32,000 nt of DNA, taken from the sequence record PQ184814.1, one strand, 5' to 3'. Shown here piece after piece: positions 9,415 to 17,226 of this stretch. A model generated the notes under the pieces. That model had not been told where the DNA came from. It ran no database searches and saw nothing but the letters and a program-made list of their open reading frames with translations. This DNA comes from Mycobacterium phage Sorpresa. The stretch's first letter is position 1; every line of letters begins with the position of its first letter. The position numbers and the translations under genes are program-made.

Positions 9415-9429
9415 TCGCCTGCGAGAGAA

Positions 9430-9472
9430 CGACCGGCGGGGCTAAGGCCTGAGAAACCAACCCCGTCGGTCG
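9430..9472 (+). other. Stable 5'-UTR hairpin (12-bp stem, 19-nt loop)
   Basis: cgaccggcgggg / ccccgtcggtcg pair with one G-U; located between predicted +1 and the 9500 ATG. Confidence 0.7.
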
Positions 9473-9499
9473 CACACCCACCATCAGGAAGGCACTGTT

Positions 9500-9784
9500 A
9501 TGTTACGCACTATCGCTGCCGCGGGCATCCTCGCGGCTGGTCTCGGGCTCGGTATCGCACCGGTCGCCCAGGCTGCTCCGGCTCACTGCTCGAACCACGG
9601 CTTCGGTCACGGCCAGATCTACAAGCACGCCTGTGCTACCGGCTCCGGCGGTGCAGGAGCCGACTGGACCTACGCCAAGCACGCCGACGGCTCGTACAAG
9701 ATGGACGGCACCAAGCACGTCTACAAGTGCCAGCGCCACTGCGGCGGAGGCCGCGGCAAGACCGAGACCACCGATCCGTGGTGA
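9500..9784 (+). CDS. Small secreted protein (94 aa) with signal peptide
   Basis: MLRTIAAAGILAAGLGLGIAPVAQAAPAHC; RBS aggaagg; four Cys in the mature part. Confidence 0.85.
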   Translation: MLRTIAAAGILAAGLGLGIAPVAQAAPAHCSNHGFGHGQIYKHACATGSGGAGADWTYAKHADGSYKMDGTKHVYKCQRHCGGGRGKTETTDPW

Positions 9785-9806
9785 TCTAACCCCGCATACC
9801 AAGAAA

Positions 9807-9847
9807 CCCCCTACCCGGCCCGCGAAGGCTAGGTAGGGGGGCTTTTT
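9807..9847 (+). terminator. Intrinsic terminator
   Basis: ccccctacc ... ggtaggggg then cttttt. Confidence 0.9.
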
Positions 9848-9885
9848 GTGTTTCAGTGGGTGTGGCCGTGATGACCTGTGTCTTC

Positions 9886-9935
9886 GTGGTTTGTCTGGCC
9901 AACCACCGCGGTCTCAGTGGTGTACGGTACAAACC
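9886..9935 (+). other. attP: attP site, Bxb1-type
   Basis: gtggtttgtctggccaaccaccgcggtctcagtggtgtacggtacaaacc; matches the recalled 50-bp Bxb1 attP except C for T at position 14; central GT dinucleotide at 9911-9912. Confidence 0.95.
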
Positions 9936-9936
9936 C

Positions 9937-11439
9937 ATGAGAGCCCTGGTAGTCATCCGACTGTCCCGCGTCACCGATGCTACGACCTCACCGGAGCGTC
10001 AGCTGGAGTCTTGCCAGCAGCTCTGCACCCAGCGCGGCTGGGACGTCGTCGGGGTAGCGGAGGATCTGGACGTCTCCGGGGCGGTCGATCCGTTCGACCG
10101 GAAGCGTCGCCCGAACCTGGCCCGGTGGCTGTCGTTCGAGGAGCAACCGTTCGACGTGATCGTGGCGTACCGGGTAGACCGGTTGACCCGATCTATCCGG
10201 CATCTGCAGCAGCTGGTCCACTGGGCCGAGGACCACAAGAAGCTGATCGTCTCCGCGACCGAATCGCACTTCGACACGACGTCGCCGTTTGCGGCGGTCG
10301 TCATCGCGCTTATGGGAACGGTGGCGCAGATGGAATTAGAAGCGATCAAAGAGCGGAACCGTTCGGCTGCGCATTTCAATATCCGCGCCGGGAAATACCG
10401 CGGCTCCCTGCCGCCGTGGGGTTACCTGCCCGCCCGCGTGGATGGGGAGTGGAGGCTGCTCGTCGACCCCGTGCAGCGCGAACGCATCCTCGAGGTGTAT
10501 CACCGCGTCGTCGACAACCACGAGCCGCTGCACCTGGTGGCCCACGACCTGAACCGACGTGGTGTCCTGTCGCCGAAGGACTACTTCGCGAAGCTGCAAG
10601 GCCGCGAGCCGCAGGGCCGGGAGTGGTCGGCTACCGCGCTGAAGCGCTCGCTGATCTCCGAGGCGATGCTCGGGTACGCGACGCTGAACGGTAAGACCGT
10701 CCGAGACGACGACGGAGCCCCGCTGGTGCGGGCTGAGCCGATCCTGACCCGTGAGCAGCTGGAGGCGCTGCGCGCCGAGCTCGTGAAGACCGACCGGACC
10801 GAGCCCGCGGTGGCTACTCCGTCGCTGCTGCTGCGGGTGTTGTTCTGCGCGGTGTGCGGGGAGCCCGCCTACAAGTTCGCCGGGGGAGGACGTAAGCACC
10901 CGCGCTACCGCTGCCGCTCGATGGGGTTCCCGAAGCACTGCGGGAACGGCACGGTCGCAATGGCGGAGTGGGACGCGTTCTGCGAGGAGCAGGTGCTGGA
11001 TCTGCTCGGGGACTCGGAGCGTCTGGAGAAAGTCTGGGTAGCCGGCTCGGACTCGGCGGTCGAACTCGCGGAGGTGAACGCGGAGCTGGTGGACCTGACG
11101 TCGCTGATCGGCTCTCCGGCGTACCGGGTCGGCTCTCCGCAGCGCGAAGCACTGGATGCTCGTATTGCGGCGCTGGCCGCGCGGCAAGAGGAGTTGGAAG
11201 GGCTGGAGGCTCGCCCGTCGGGCTGGGAGTGGCGCGAGACCGGGCAGAGGTTCGGGGACTGGTGGCGGGAGCAGGACACCGCGGCAAAGAACACCTGGCT
11301 TCGGTCGATGAACGTTCGGCTGACGTTCGACGTCCGCGGCGGGCTGACTCGCACGATCGACTTCGGGGATCTGCAGGAGTACGAGCAGCATCTCAGGCTC
11401 GGCAGCGTGGTCGAGCGGCTACACACCGGGATGTCGTAG
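9937..11439 (+). CDS. int: Large serine recombinase / integrase, Bxb1 type (500 aa)
   Basis: MRALVVIRLSRVTDATTSPERQLESCQQLC...; near-identical to recalled Bxb1 Int; zinc domain CAVCGEPAYKF...CRSMGFPKHC; starts 1 nt after attP. Confidence 0.98.
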   Translation: MRALVVIRLSRVTDATTSPERQLESCQQLCTQRGWDVVGVAEDLDVSGAVDPFDRKRRPNLARWLSFEEQPFDVIVAYRVDRLTRSIRHLQQLVHWAEDHKKLIVSATESHFDTTSPFAAVVIALMGTVAQMELEAIKERNRSAAHFNIRAGKYRGSLPPWGYLPARVDGEWRLLVDPVQRERILEVYHRVVDNHEPLHLVAHDLNRRGVLSPKDYFAKLQGREPQGREWSATALKRSLISEAMLGYATLNGKTVRDDDGAPLVRAEPILTREQLEALRAELVKTDRTEPAVATPSLLLRVLFCAVCGEPAYKFAGGGRKHPRYRCRSMGFPKHCGNGTVAMAEWDAFCEEQVLDLLGDSERLEKVWVAGSDSAVELAEVNAELVDLTSLIGSPAYRVGSPQREALDARIAALAARQEELEGLEARPSGWEWRETGQRFGDWWREQDTAAKNTWLRSMNVRLTFDVRGGLTRTIDFGDLQEYEQHLRLGSVVERLHTGMS

Positions 11440-11463
11440 AGCGGCTACCCGAGAACGCAGAAA

Positions 11464-11500
11464 AGCCCCCTACGCGCCGTGTAAGGGCACGCAGGGGGCT
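11464..11500. terminator. Bidirectional terminator between convergent transcription units
   Basis: agccccctacg...cgcagggggct; minus strand copy followed by TTTTC. Confidence 0.8.
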
Positions 11501-11559
11501 CTCTGGTAGTCTCTATTCAGTTGTGGGGTTGCGTCCGTCAGCGTGGACGCTAGAGGGGT

Positions 11560-11832
11560 TTACGGGGCCTCGTGGACCCGCACGTACGGCTGCAGAGGCT
11601 TGTCACGGTAGGCGTGGTAGCGCTCGGCCTCCTCGGCGCGGATGGCCTCGATCTCCTGAGCCGCGCTCACCTTACGACGCTGCAGTTCCGGATCGTCATG
11701 CTGACGCACCGTAATCACCTCTGACTGACGGGTCTGCGTCGAGATGATCTTCAGCAGATCCACCGCCTCGGTAAGTCGGTCGGTGATCACGGCCAGCTGC
11801 TCGACGGTGACGTCTTTCTTCTTCTTGCTCAT
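11560..11832 (-). CDS. Small lysine-rich coiled-coil protein (90 aa)
   Basis: MSKKKKDVTVEQLAVITDRLTEAVDLLKIIS...; start chosen at 11832 with GAGGTGATCGA upstream. Confidence 0.7.
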   Translation of the reverse strand: MSKKKKDVTVEQLAVITDRLTEAVDLLKIISTQTRQSEVITVRQHDDPELQRRKVSAAQEIEAIRAEEAERYHAYRDKPLQPYVRVHEAP

Positions 11833-11928
11833 TCGATCACCTCGGTAAAAAGGGCCTGACTTGGCGTAACGGGTCGACGAGACCCGTACAACGGTGTCCC
11901 GATGCAGTCCTTGCAAGTCACGAGTGCT

Positions 11929-12585
11929 TTAGCCACCGGACACCGCCTCCTCGTTGTAGATCGGGGGTGGGGCATCCTTCCAGCTCAGCTTGGGCCAGGC
12001 GCATAACCTCTCCAGCGCCTTCCGATCTGCTTTATTACCAGTGACTTTCCAGTACTTCACCTTAGGTACACGGCGGACCTTGTAGGCATATCCGGAGCGG
12101 AATGCTTCCCGGGTGTGCTGCTTCGGGTCCAGCGGGATGTAGTCGTAGCGGGGGGTTTTGCGTCCCATGTCGGTCCATCCCGCATAATGGAAGTTGAGCG
12201 CCCGGTAGATATAGCCGTAGTGACCCGCTTTCGGGTCCGCATAGGACACTACGATTCTTGGTGGCAACATCTTCATTGCTCGCGATACAAACCACGACTC
12301 AGAGTTCGGCGGAAGCCGATCGTCGGTCCATAGCCGATTCAGCTCGATCACGAGTGAAGGGTCCGTGGGACTCGCCGACTTCTGCAGGTGCCGTGAGGGT
12401 GGGGTTCCGAACGTCACCACTCCCATCAACTTTGGTCCCTGGTACAGGCCGTATGCGAAGCTAATGGATGTCTTGCGGTGTAGGTAGTGGTGCTTAACCA
12501 CTATGTCTGTGGCTACTTTGGACGGGATCTGCTCCACCCGTAACCCCGTGATCACGTCCGCAAGCGTATTGCCTGGTTCTGACAC
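11929..12585 (-). CDS. Mom-like (GNAT-related) DNA adenine modification protein candidate (218 aa, GTG start)
   Basis: Motifs VVKHHYLHRK, IELNRLWTDD..P.NSESWFVSRAMKMLPPRIVVSYADPKAGHYGYIYRALNFHYAGWT resemble phage Mu Mom family; TAGTG overlap with upstream ORF. Confidence 0.7.
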   Translation of the reverse strand: MSEPGNTLADVITGLRVEQIPSKVATDIVVKHHYLHRKTSISFAYGLYQGPKLMGVVTFGTPPSRHLQKSASPTDPSLVIELNRLWTDDRLPPNSESWFVSRAMKMLPPRIVVSYADPKAGHYGYIYRALNFHYAGWTDMGRKTPRYDYIPLDPKQHTREAFRSGYAYKVRRVPKVKYWKVTGNKADRKALERLCAWPKLSWKDAPPPIYNEEAVSGG

Positions 12586-12755
12586 TATGGGTTCCTCGTT
12601 TGCCTGATGAAGTCGGCCCGTGCCGACTCGTAGTCCGGGTGGAACGTGATGACGCCGTAGAACGATCCGACCGACGGGAACACGATCCACTCCTGGGTGT
12701 GCGGGCTCTTGCGGATCAGCCACTTCCTGGCGTCGTTACCCCAGAGCTCTCTCAC
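12585..12755 (-). CDS. Small protein (56 aa) immediately upstream of and coupled to the Mom-like gene; not in supplied ORF track
   Basis: VRELWGNDARKWLIRKSPHTQEWIVFPSVGSFYGVITFHPDYESARADFIRQTRNP*; GTGA overlap upstream, TAGTG overlap downstream. Confidence 0.65.
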   Translation of the reverse strand: MRELWGNDARKWLIRKSPHTQEWIVFPSVGSFYGVITFHPDYESARADFIRQTRNP

Positions 12756-12847
12756 CGGAACCACCCCCGCATGATCTGGATCAGGTGCTCCAGCCGAACC
12801 TCGTGGTCGAGCATCCGGATCAGCACCAGTTCACGCACCCGCTTCAT
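12752..12847 (-). CDS. Micro-ORF (31 aa) MKRVRELVLIRMLDHEVRLEHLIQIMRGWFR
   Basis: ATGA overlap with upstream CDS and GTGA overlap with downstream CDS. Confidence 0.5.
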   Translation of the reverse strand: MKRVRELVLIRMLDHEVRLEHLIQIMRGWFR

Positions 12848-13122
12848 TCCGCGGTCCTGAAGCTGGTAGCTACACGCGGGTAGATGCGCTGCACCCATCC
12901 CGATGGGAGGCTGTCGTCGCGACGGAAGAAGCCCTTCCGGTTCACCGACCAGTAGACCGTCCCGCCGGGTAGCTCCTGGCTGAATCGGACGTCCGGCAGC
13001 CGGTGGCGTCCCGATTCCCGCACGTGGATCAGGCCCAGCCACCGAACGCTCCGATCCTGAACCCAGAGATGCACAATCTGTTCGGGGTCTGCGGTGAACC
13101 TGACGTACCCGTGCTTGCTCAT
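12844..13122 (-). CDS. Conserved hypothetical protein (92 aa)
   Basis: MSKHGYVRFTADPEQIVHLWVQDRSVRW...; coupled to neighbours. Confidence 0.75.
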   Translation of the reverse strand: MSKHGYVRFTADPEQIVHLWVQDRSVRWLGLIHVRESGRHRLPDVRFSQELPGGTVYWSVNRKGFFRRDDSLPSGWVQRIYPRVATSFRTAE

Positions 13123-13475
13123 TCCGCCCCCTCGTAACGGTCCAGCTCACTCTTGAGCCCTTGGATCTCCAACTCCAGGTCGAAGACCCGGCCCATCAGG
13201 TTGTCGCGCTCCAGCTCCAGCCGAGCCGCGTCGTCGATCGCTTCCATCGACCGGCGCACCATGTCCGCGAGCGCGCCGTGGATCGACGCGATGAAGTCGG
13301 CGTCATCCTCGCTATGGAAGGACCCGATCCACAACCGGCTCTCGTCCTGGCTCACAGCCCACACGTCGTAGGTGGTGTGGCCCCCGTCCTTCTCAACCAC
13401 CCAGAAGCAGTCCTCAGCCCCGGTGGTCTGCGAGAACACCTGATAAATTTTGTCCAGAAAGTCCTGAAACTCCAC
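13119..13475 (-). CDS. Hypothetical coiled-coil protein (118 aa, GTG start)
   Basis: Start trimmed to VEFQDFLDK behind GGAAGGAACAAC; the listed 13499 start is a TTG inside the stoperator. Confidence 0.7.
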   Translation of the reverse strand: MEFQDFLDKIYQVFSQTTGAEDCFWVVEKDGGHTTYDVWAVSQDESRLWIGSFHSEDDADFIASIHGALADMVRRSMEAIDDAARLELERDNLMGRVFDLELEIQGLKSELDRYEGAE

Positions 13476-13487
13476 GTTGTTCCTTCC

Positions 13488-13500
13488 GTTACGAATCAAG
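13488..13500 (+). promoter_or_regulatory. Stoperator
   Basis: gttacgaatcaag, exact consensus. Confidence 0.9.
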
Positions 13501-15322
13501 CTGGAATCCGCAGAAATGGATCTGCGGACGGTTGCTCGTCTTTCTTCAGATATGCCGCGCCCCAGGATCGGCCCCCGACCTCCGGGTCGGTGTTGATCAG
13601 CACGCCTCGGAACGTCTGCTCCATGATCCGGCCGATCTCCTTAGCCGTAACCTCAGCCTCAGCCTCAGGTACCGACGCCAGAACCTCGTCGTGGATCACC
13701 AGACGGATCATCGGTGTCATCCCCGCTTCGTGAAGCCGCAGCACAGCGCTGGCCGTTACGTCACGTGACGTGGACTGCACCATGTAGTTCAGCGCCGCGT
13801 ATCCTCGGTCAGGGTCGACGGGCAGCCGACGACCGGTAGGGGTGATGACGTACCCGAGGTTCGCCGCCTCCCGTTGCAGGCTCTTGGAGAGAGCCGTGAC
13901 TTCCGGGTAGGACTGCTCGAACCCTGCGATCACTCGCTTAGCTTCCGGGAACGTGATCCCCGCCTGCGCCGCGATCGTGGACGGGCCGGAGCCGAAGACG
14001 TAGGCGAAATTCACCATCTTGCCGACCTTGCGATCGACGCCCGAGGCGTCAGCCGTGATCTGGTGAAGGTCAGCGTTGTCTTTGAACGCTTGGATCATCG
14101 TCCGGTCGTTGGCGAGCGCCGCCAGGACGCGAAGCTCCTGCGCCTGGTAGTCGACCGAGACCATCAGCTGCCCGGGGTCCGCGAGGAAGCAGCGTCGGAC
14201 CATCCAGTCGTTGGCCGGAAGGTTCTGCGCCGACGGCGATGTGGTGGACATCCGCGCAGTCCGGGCCTGCAGTGGGTTGATCCCCGGGTGGACCCGGTCG
14301 TTGGCGTCCCGCCGCTCGATGAAGTTGCGGACCCAGGTCTTCTCCCAGGAACCCCACTTCTTCGCCTCGATCGCCGCCTTCGCCAGCGCGTTGCCCTCCT
14401 CCGCCAGAGATTCCAGCAGCTCGGCGTTCACCTGGCGCTTGCCTGTGGCTGTGCGGCCTTTGATCTTCACGCCCGTACGCTCCAGGCCGTCAGCCAGCTT
14501 CTCGGTGGAGTTCACCGAGTCGACCCCGTACGCGTACCGAGCCACCGCGGTGTAGTGCTCGGACTTCCGCAGCATGTCCGCTGACAGCTTCTCCGAGTAG
14601 TCGACGTCCAGCAGGAACCCGGTGCGTTCGACGTACGACATCACCTCAGCGAGCTTGTGCTCGTACGGGATCAGTTTGTGCGACGACTCCGGCACCAGCG
14701 GGGCTACCTTGCCCAGCAGCCTCGACACCAGGATCGTGTCCATGCCGGCGTACAGCTCGTAGTCCGGGTCGTCCAGGTCGACCAGTGCCCAGATCTTGTC
14801 TTTGGTGGTCTTGTGCTTCTTGGCCAGGCGAGCCATCGAGGCTTTGACCTCTTCGGCGGTCACCGGGTCGATGTAGAACTTCGTCAGCTCTTCCAGCTTG
14901 TGGCCGGTCCCACCTTCTTTGTAGGCCCGGGGGTCTACCAGGTGCGAGTAGATCTTGGTGTCCTCGACCTTCGGCCACATCTGCTCCATCGGCACACCGA
15001 GCGTCCGCTCGATCACCTGGAGGTCAAACGCGGCGTTGTGGATGACGAACCGCTGGACCTTCTGGAGAGCGGTGACGGCGGCTCCTACGAACACACCGCC
15101 CCGCTCCACCGGCAGAACCCACGACTCCCACGGGTTACCGAACTGGATCAGCCGGATACCGAAGGCGTCCTGGTAGATATTGAGCCCCGTCGTCTCGGTA
15201 TCGAGACCGAGAATCCGGAGGTTGGAGCGGATGAAGCTCTCGAACCCGTCGAGATCATCCTCGTGCTCTACGACGTTGACCAGAACTGTCTCGTCCTTGA
15301 TCTGGTAGCGGTGTTGCTTCAC
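13496..15322 (-). CDS. DNA polymerase I, family A, with 3'-5' exonuclease domain (608 aa)
   Basis: LGLDTETTGLN (Exo I), DYQAQELRVLAALAND, KMVNFAYVFG (motif B), VIHDEV (motif C). Confidence 0.97.
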   Translation of the reverse strand: MKQHRYQIKDETVLVNVVEHEDDLDGFESFIRSNLRILGLDTETTGLNIYQDAFGIRLIQFGNPWESWVLPVERGGVFVGAAVTALQKVQRFVIHNAAFDLQVIERTLGVPMEQMWPKVEDTKIYSHLVDPRAYKEGGTGHKLEELTKFYIDPVTAEEVKASMARLAKKHKTTKDKIWALVDLDDPDYELYAGMDTILVSRLLGKVAPLVPESSHKLIPYEHKLAEVMSYVERTGFLLDVDYSEKLSADMLRKSEHYTAVARYAYGVDSVNSTEKLADGLERTGVKIKGRTATGKRQVNAELLESLAEEGNALAKAAIEAKKWGSWEKTWVRNFIERRDANDRVHPGINPLQARTARMSTTSPSAQNLPANDWMVRRCFLADPGQLMVSVDYQAQELRVLAALANDRTMIQAFKDNADLHQITADASGVDRKVGKMVNFAYVFGSGPSTIAAQAGITFPEAKRVIAGFEQSYPEVTALSKSLQREAANLGYVITPTGRRLPVDPDRGYAALNYMVQSTSRDVTASAVLRLHEAGMTPMIRLVIHDEVLASVPEAEAEVTAKEIGRIMEQTFRGVLINTDPEVGGRSWGAAYLKKDEQPSADPFLRIPA

Positions 15323-15336
15323 CCGCCCCTCCCTTC

Positions 15337-15349
15337 GTTACGAATCAAG
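15337..15349 (+). promoter_or_regulatory. Stoperator
   Basis: gttacgaatcaag. Confidence 0.9.
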
Positions 15350-15358
15350 CTGGAGACG

Positions 15359-15589
15359 TTAGAGCCCCAGCTCCCGGCGGATCTGACCCTCCGGGGTTTC
15401 TTCCTTGACCATCACTCGCCCGTAGTAGGCGATGTTGTTCTTGATCGGGAAGACCCGGTACTCCCCCTCCCCGAAGTCGACTGCCAGCTCGTCACCGCTG
15501 ATGCGGTACTCGCAGTCGTCCGGGAACGTCCAGAACAACCCGTTCTGGAGCATGACCATGAACTTCGGAACCTTAATTTCCTCGCTCAA
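15359..15589 (-). CDS. Hypothetical protein (76 aa, TTG start)
   Basis: MSEEIKVPKFMVMLQNGLFW...; GGAGG upstream. Confidence 0.65.
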   Translation of the reverse strand: MSEEIKVPKFMVMLQNGLFWTFPDDCEYRISGDELAVDFGEGEYRVFPIKNNIAYYGRVMVKEETPEGQIRRELGL

Positions 15590-15606
15590 TTACACCCTCC
15601 TAGGTG

Positions 15607-15619
15607 GTTACGAGTCAAG
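15607..15619 (+). promoter_or_regulatory. Stoperator
   Basis: gttacgagtcaag. Confidence 0.9.
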
Positions 15620-15631
15620 TTACGGACGTGA

Positions 15632-16126
15632 TTAACGGGGCGGGTAGAAGAACTTGGGCTGCCGAGTGTCGTCCTTGGTCGGAGGCATCCACGCGTGCCA
15701 GACCTTGCCCGTTTTTTGATTCACCTTCGAGACGTAGACGAAGTCGTCGTACGGCGGCGGCGGAGCCCACTCCGGGGCTTCCTGCGCACCCTGCGGAGCC
15801 TGGCGCTGGTACCCGCCGCCCGAGGACTGAGCAGGAGCCGGTGCAGCCGATCCGCCCGCGAACGCCGCGGCGACCTTCTTCACCTTGTCCATGTAGTCCT
15901 TGAACTTCGCGTCCAACAGAGCGTCGGACTCTTCGACCGACGAAGCGTGGATAACGATCCACGGCGCGTCGAAGTCCCGGCCACCCTTCAGGGTGGTGAC
16001 GATCTTGCCCTCGCCGGGTGCCACGTTGCTGCTGTTGTTGACCACGGTGGTCGACGGAGCGGTGGTGGCGACAGGCTGCTCGGGGCCGTTGTCGTTCGAG
16101 CCCCAGGGATCGGTGGTGACAGTCAT
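15632..16126 (-). CDS. Conserved hypothetical protein (164 aa), Pro/Ala/Gln linker, possibly nucleic-acid associated
   Basis: MTVTTDPWGSNDNGPEQPVATTAPS...; strong RBS GGAAGGAAA. Confidence 0.75.
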   Translation of the reverse strand: MTVTTDPWGSNDNGPEQPVATTAPSTTVVNNSSNVAPGEGKIVTTLKGGRDFDAPWIVIHASSVEESDALLDAKFKDYMDKVKKVAAAFAGGSAAPAPAQSSGGGYQRQAPQGAQEAPEWAPPPPYDDFVYVSKVNQKTGKVWHAWMPPTKDDTRQPKFFYPPR

Positions 16127-16305
16127 TCGGTTTCCTTCCGGTTGTAGCCGCGGGTCCATTCGGCACCCACGAACATCTCTTTGTCCTCGTCTGGCCAATT
16201 AGCCAGGAGGGCTGGTTTCTGGTTGGGGTAGAGCTCAGGCGTCACCCACGCTCGGTACATGTCGACGCCGGACATACCGCTGAACTGGCCGTCGAAGATG
16301 TTCAC
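16123..16305 (-). CDS. Hypothetical protein (60 aa, GTG start)
   Basis: VNIFDGQFSGMSGVDMYRAWVTPELYPNQ... Confidence 0.65.
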   Translation of the reverse strand: MNIFDGQFSGMSGVDMYRAWVTPELYPNQKPALLANWPDEDKEMFVGAEWTRGYNRKETE

Positions 16306-17093
16306 GCGGCAGTCCCTGACCCTGCGCAAGACGGGATCAGGTGGTCCCTGAACCGTCCCGAGCTGATCGGCACTATGTGGTGGCACACCGGGCACGCCCG
16401 GCGATGCTTCGGAGCACTGGAGGTCACCTGCTCGGCGGTAGCCAGGTCGACCAGCTCCCGGTACGTCAGACCGTCCTCGCCGGCTGGCTTCCAACCGTCG
16501 TCAGCGAGACGAGTAGCCATCTCCCCGACAGGGTCACTCGGGCCGTTGTGTGTCCGGATCGAGTCCGGGAACACCTTGGACCGTGAGCCGGGACCGTCGT
16601 GGTCGTCGGTCTGCTTGATGACCTTGTGGACCTCTTCAGCCAGCGCGTGGTGAGCCCTCTTCAGCACCATCTTGTTGGGGTTGTCCCGTAGGACCACGCC
16701 GTCGATGTACCGAACCTTGAGCGCTTCCGCGTACGGCGGGTGGCGATCCACGAGCTGGGAGACAGCCTGAGGAATCACCTCCATCAGGTACACGTTGTCC
16801 GACCGGCCTTTGAGCGCGTCTTTGATCGACTCCGACGAGTAGTCCCAGTCACCCCGGGCTAGGTCGTCCGCGAACGCGGACTCGCTCAGGATCTGATACG
16901 CGTGACGGCGCAGGAACGAGATAGCCTCGCCCTCCGACGGCTGCGTAGCCGCGGTCATCCGCGACGACTTCTCCAGAACAGCGACCCACAGGTCCCCGGT
17001 CAGGTCTTCCAGCTGATCGGCTGTCAGAGACCACTCCACCCCTGCGGACTTCGCACCTCGTCTGAGGCGCTTGTCCAAGAGAGAGTCATCCAT
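16302..17093 (-). CDS. Sigma-factor-like / HTH DNA-binding protein with C-terminal C2H2-like motif (263 aa)
   Basis: LEDLTGDLWVAVLEKS..., SQLVDRHPPYAEALKVRYIDGVVL; CPVCHHIVP...RDHLIPSC. Confidence 0.6.
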   Translation of the reverse strand: MDDSLLDKRLRRGAKSAGVEWSLTADQLEDLTGDLWVAVLEKSSRMTAATQPSEGEAISFLRRHAYQILSESAFADDLARGDWDYSSESIKDALKGRSDNVYLMEVIPQAVSQLVDRHPPYAEALKVRYIDGVVLRDNPNKMVLKRAHHALAEEVHKVIKQTDDHDGPGSRSKVFPDSIRTHNGPSDPVGEMATRLADDGWKPAGEDGLTYRELVDLATAEQVTSSAPKHRRACPVCHHIVPISSGRFRDHLIPSCAGSGTAA

Positions 17094-17226
17094 TCACCGG
17101 CTCCAGACTGCGCTTGGCGTAGGTCTCCTCGACCAGAACCTCGATCAGCTCGACCCGGGGAATCTCCCGGGACCGGGCTTCGAAGTGCAGGTACGGCAGA
17201 ACGTTCCCGTTACGTGTCAAGGCCAC
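17086..17226 (-). CDS. Small protein (46 aa, GTG start) coupled to the phosphoesterase; not in supplied ORF track
   Basis: VALTRNGNVLPYLHFEARSREIPRVELIEVLVEETYAKRSLEPVNG*; GGAGG 5 nt upstream, TAGTG overlap. Confidence 0.55.
   Translation of the reverse strand: MALTRNGNVLPYLHFEARSREIPRVELIEVLVEETYAKRSLEPVNG
17209..17221 (+). promoter_or_regulatory. Stoperator (would encode part of the 46-aa ORF)
   Basis: gttacgtgtcaag. Confidence 0.9.

Larger units (their letters stand above)
9386..9415 (+). promoter_or_regulatory. Repressor-regulated promoter: TTGACA (9387-9392) N17 TAAAGT (9410-9415)
   Basis: Consensus -35/-10 spacing; operator GTTACGTGTCAAG (minus strand, 9386-9398) overlaps the -35. 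Confidence 0.8.

Noticed and set aside
10336-11391. 351-aa ORF antisense to integrase
   Set aside because: Shadow of a highly conserved serine integrase frame.
11846-11858. Possible stoperator ctgacttggcgtaac
   Set aside because: Lacks correct spacing between CTTG and CGTAAC; not a match to the 13-mer.
14657-15631. 324-aa plus-strand ORF over DNA polymerase
   Set aside because: Antisense to clear polymerase motifs; low-complexity composition.
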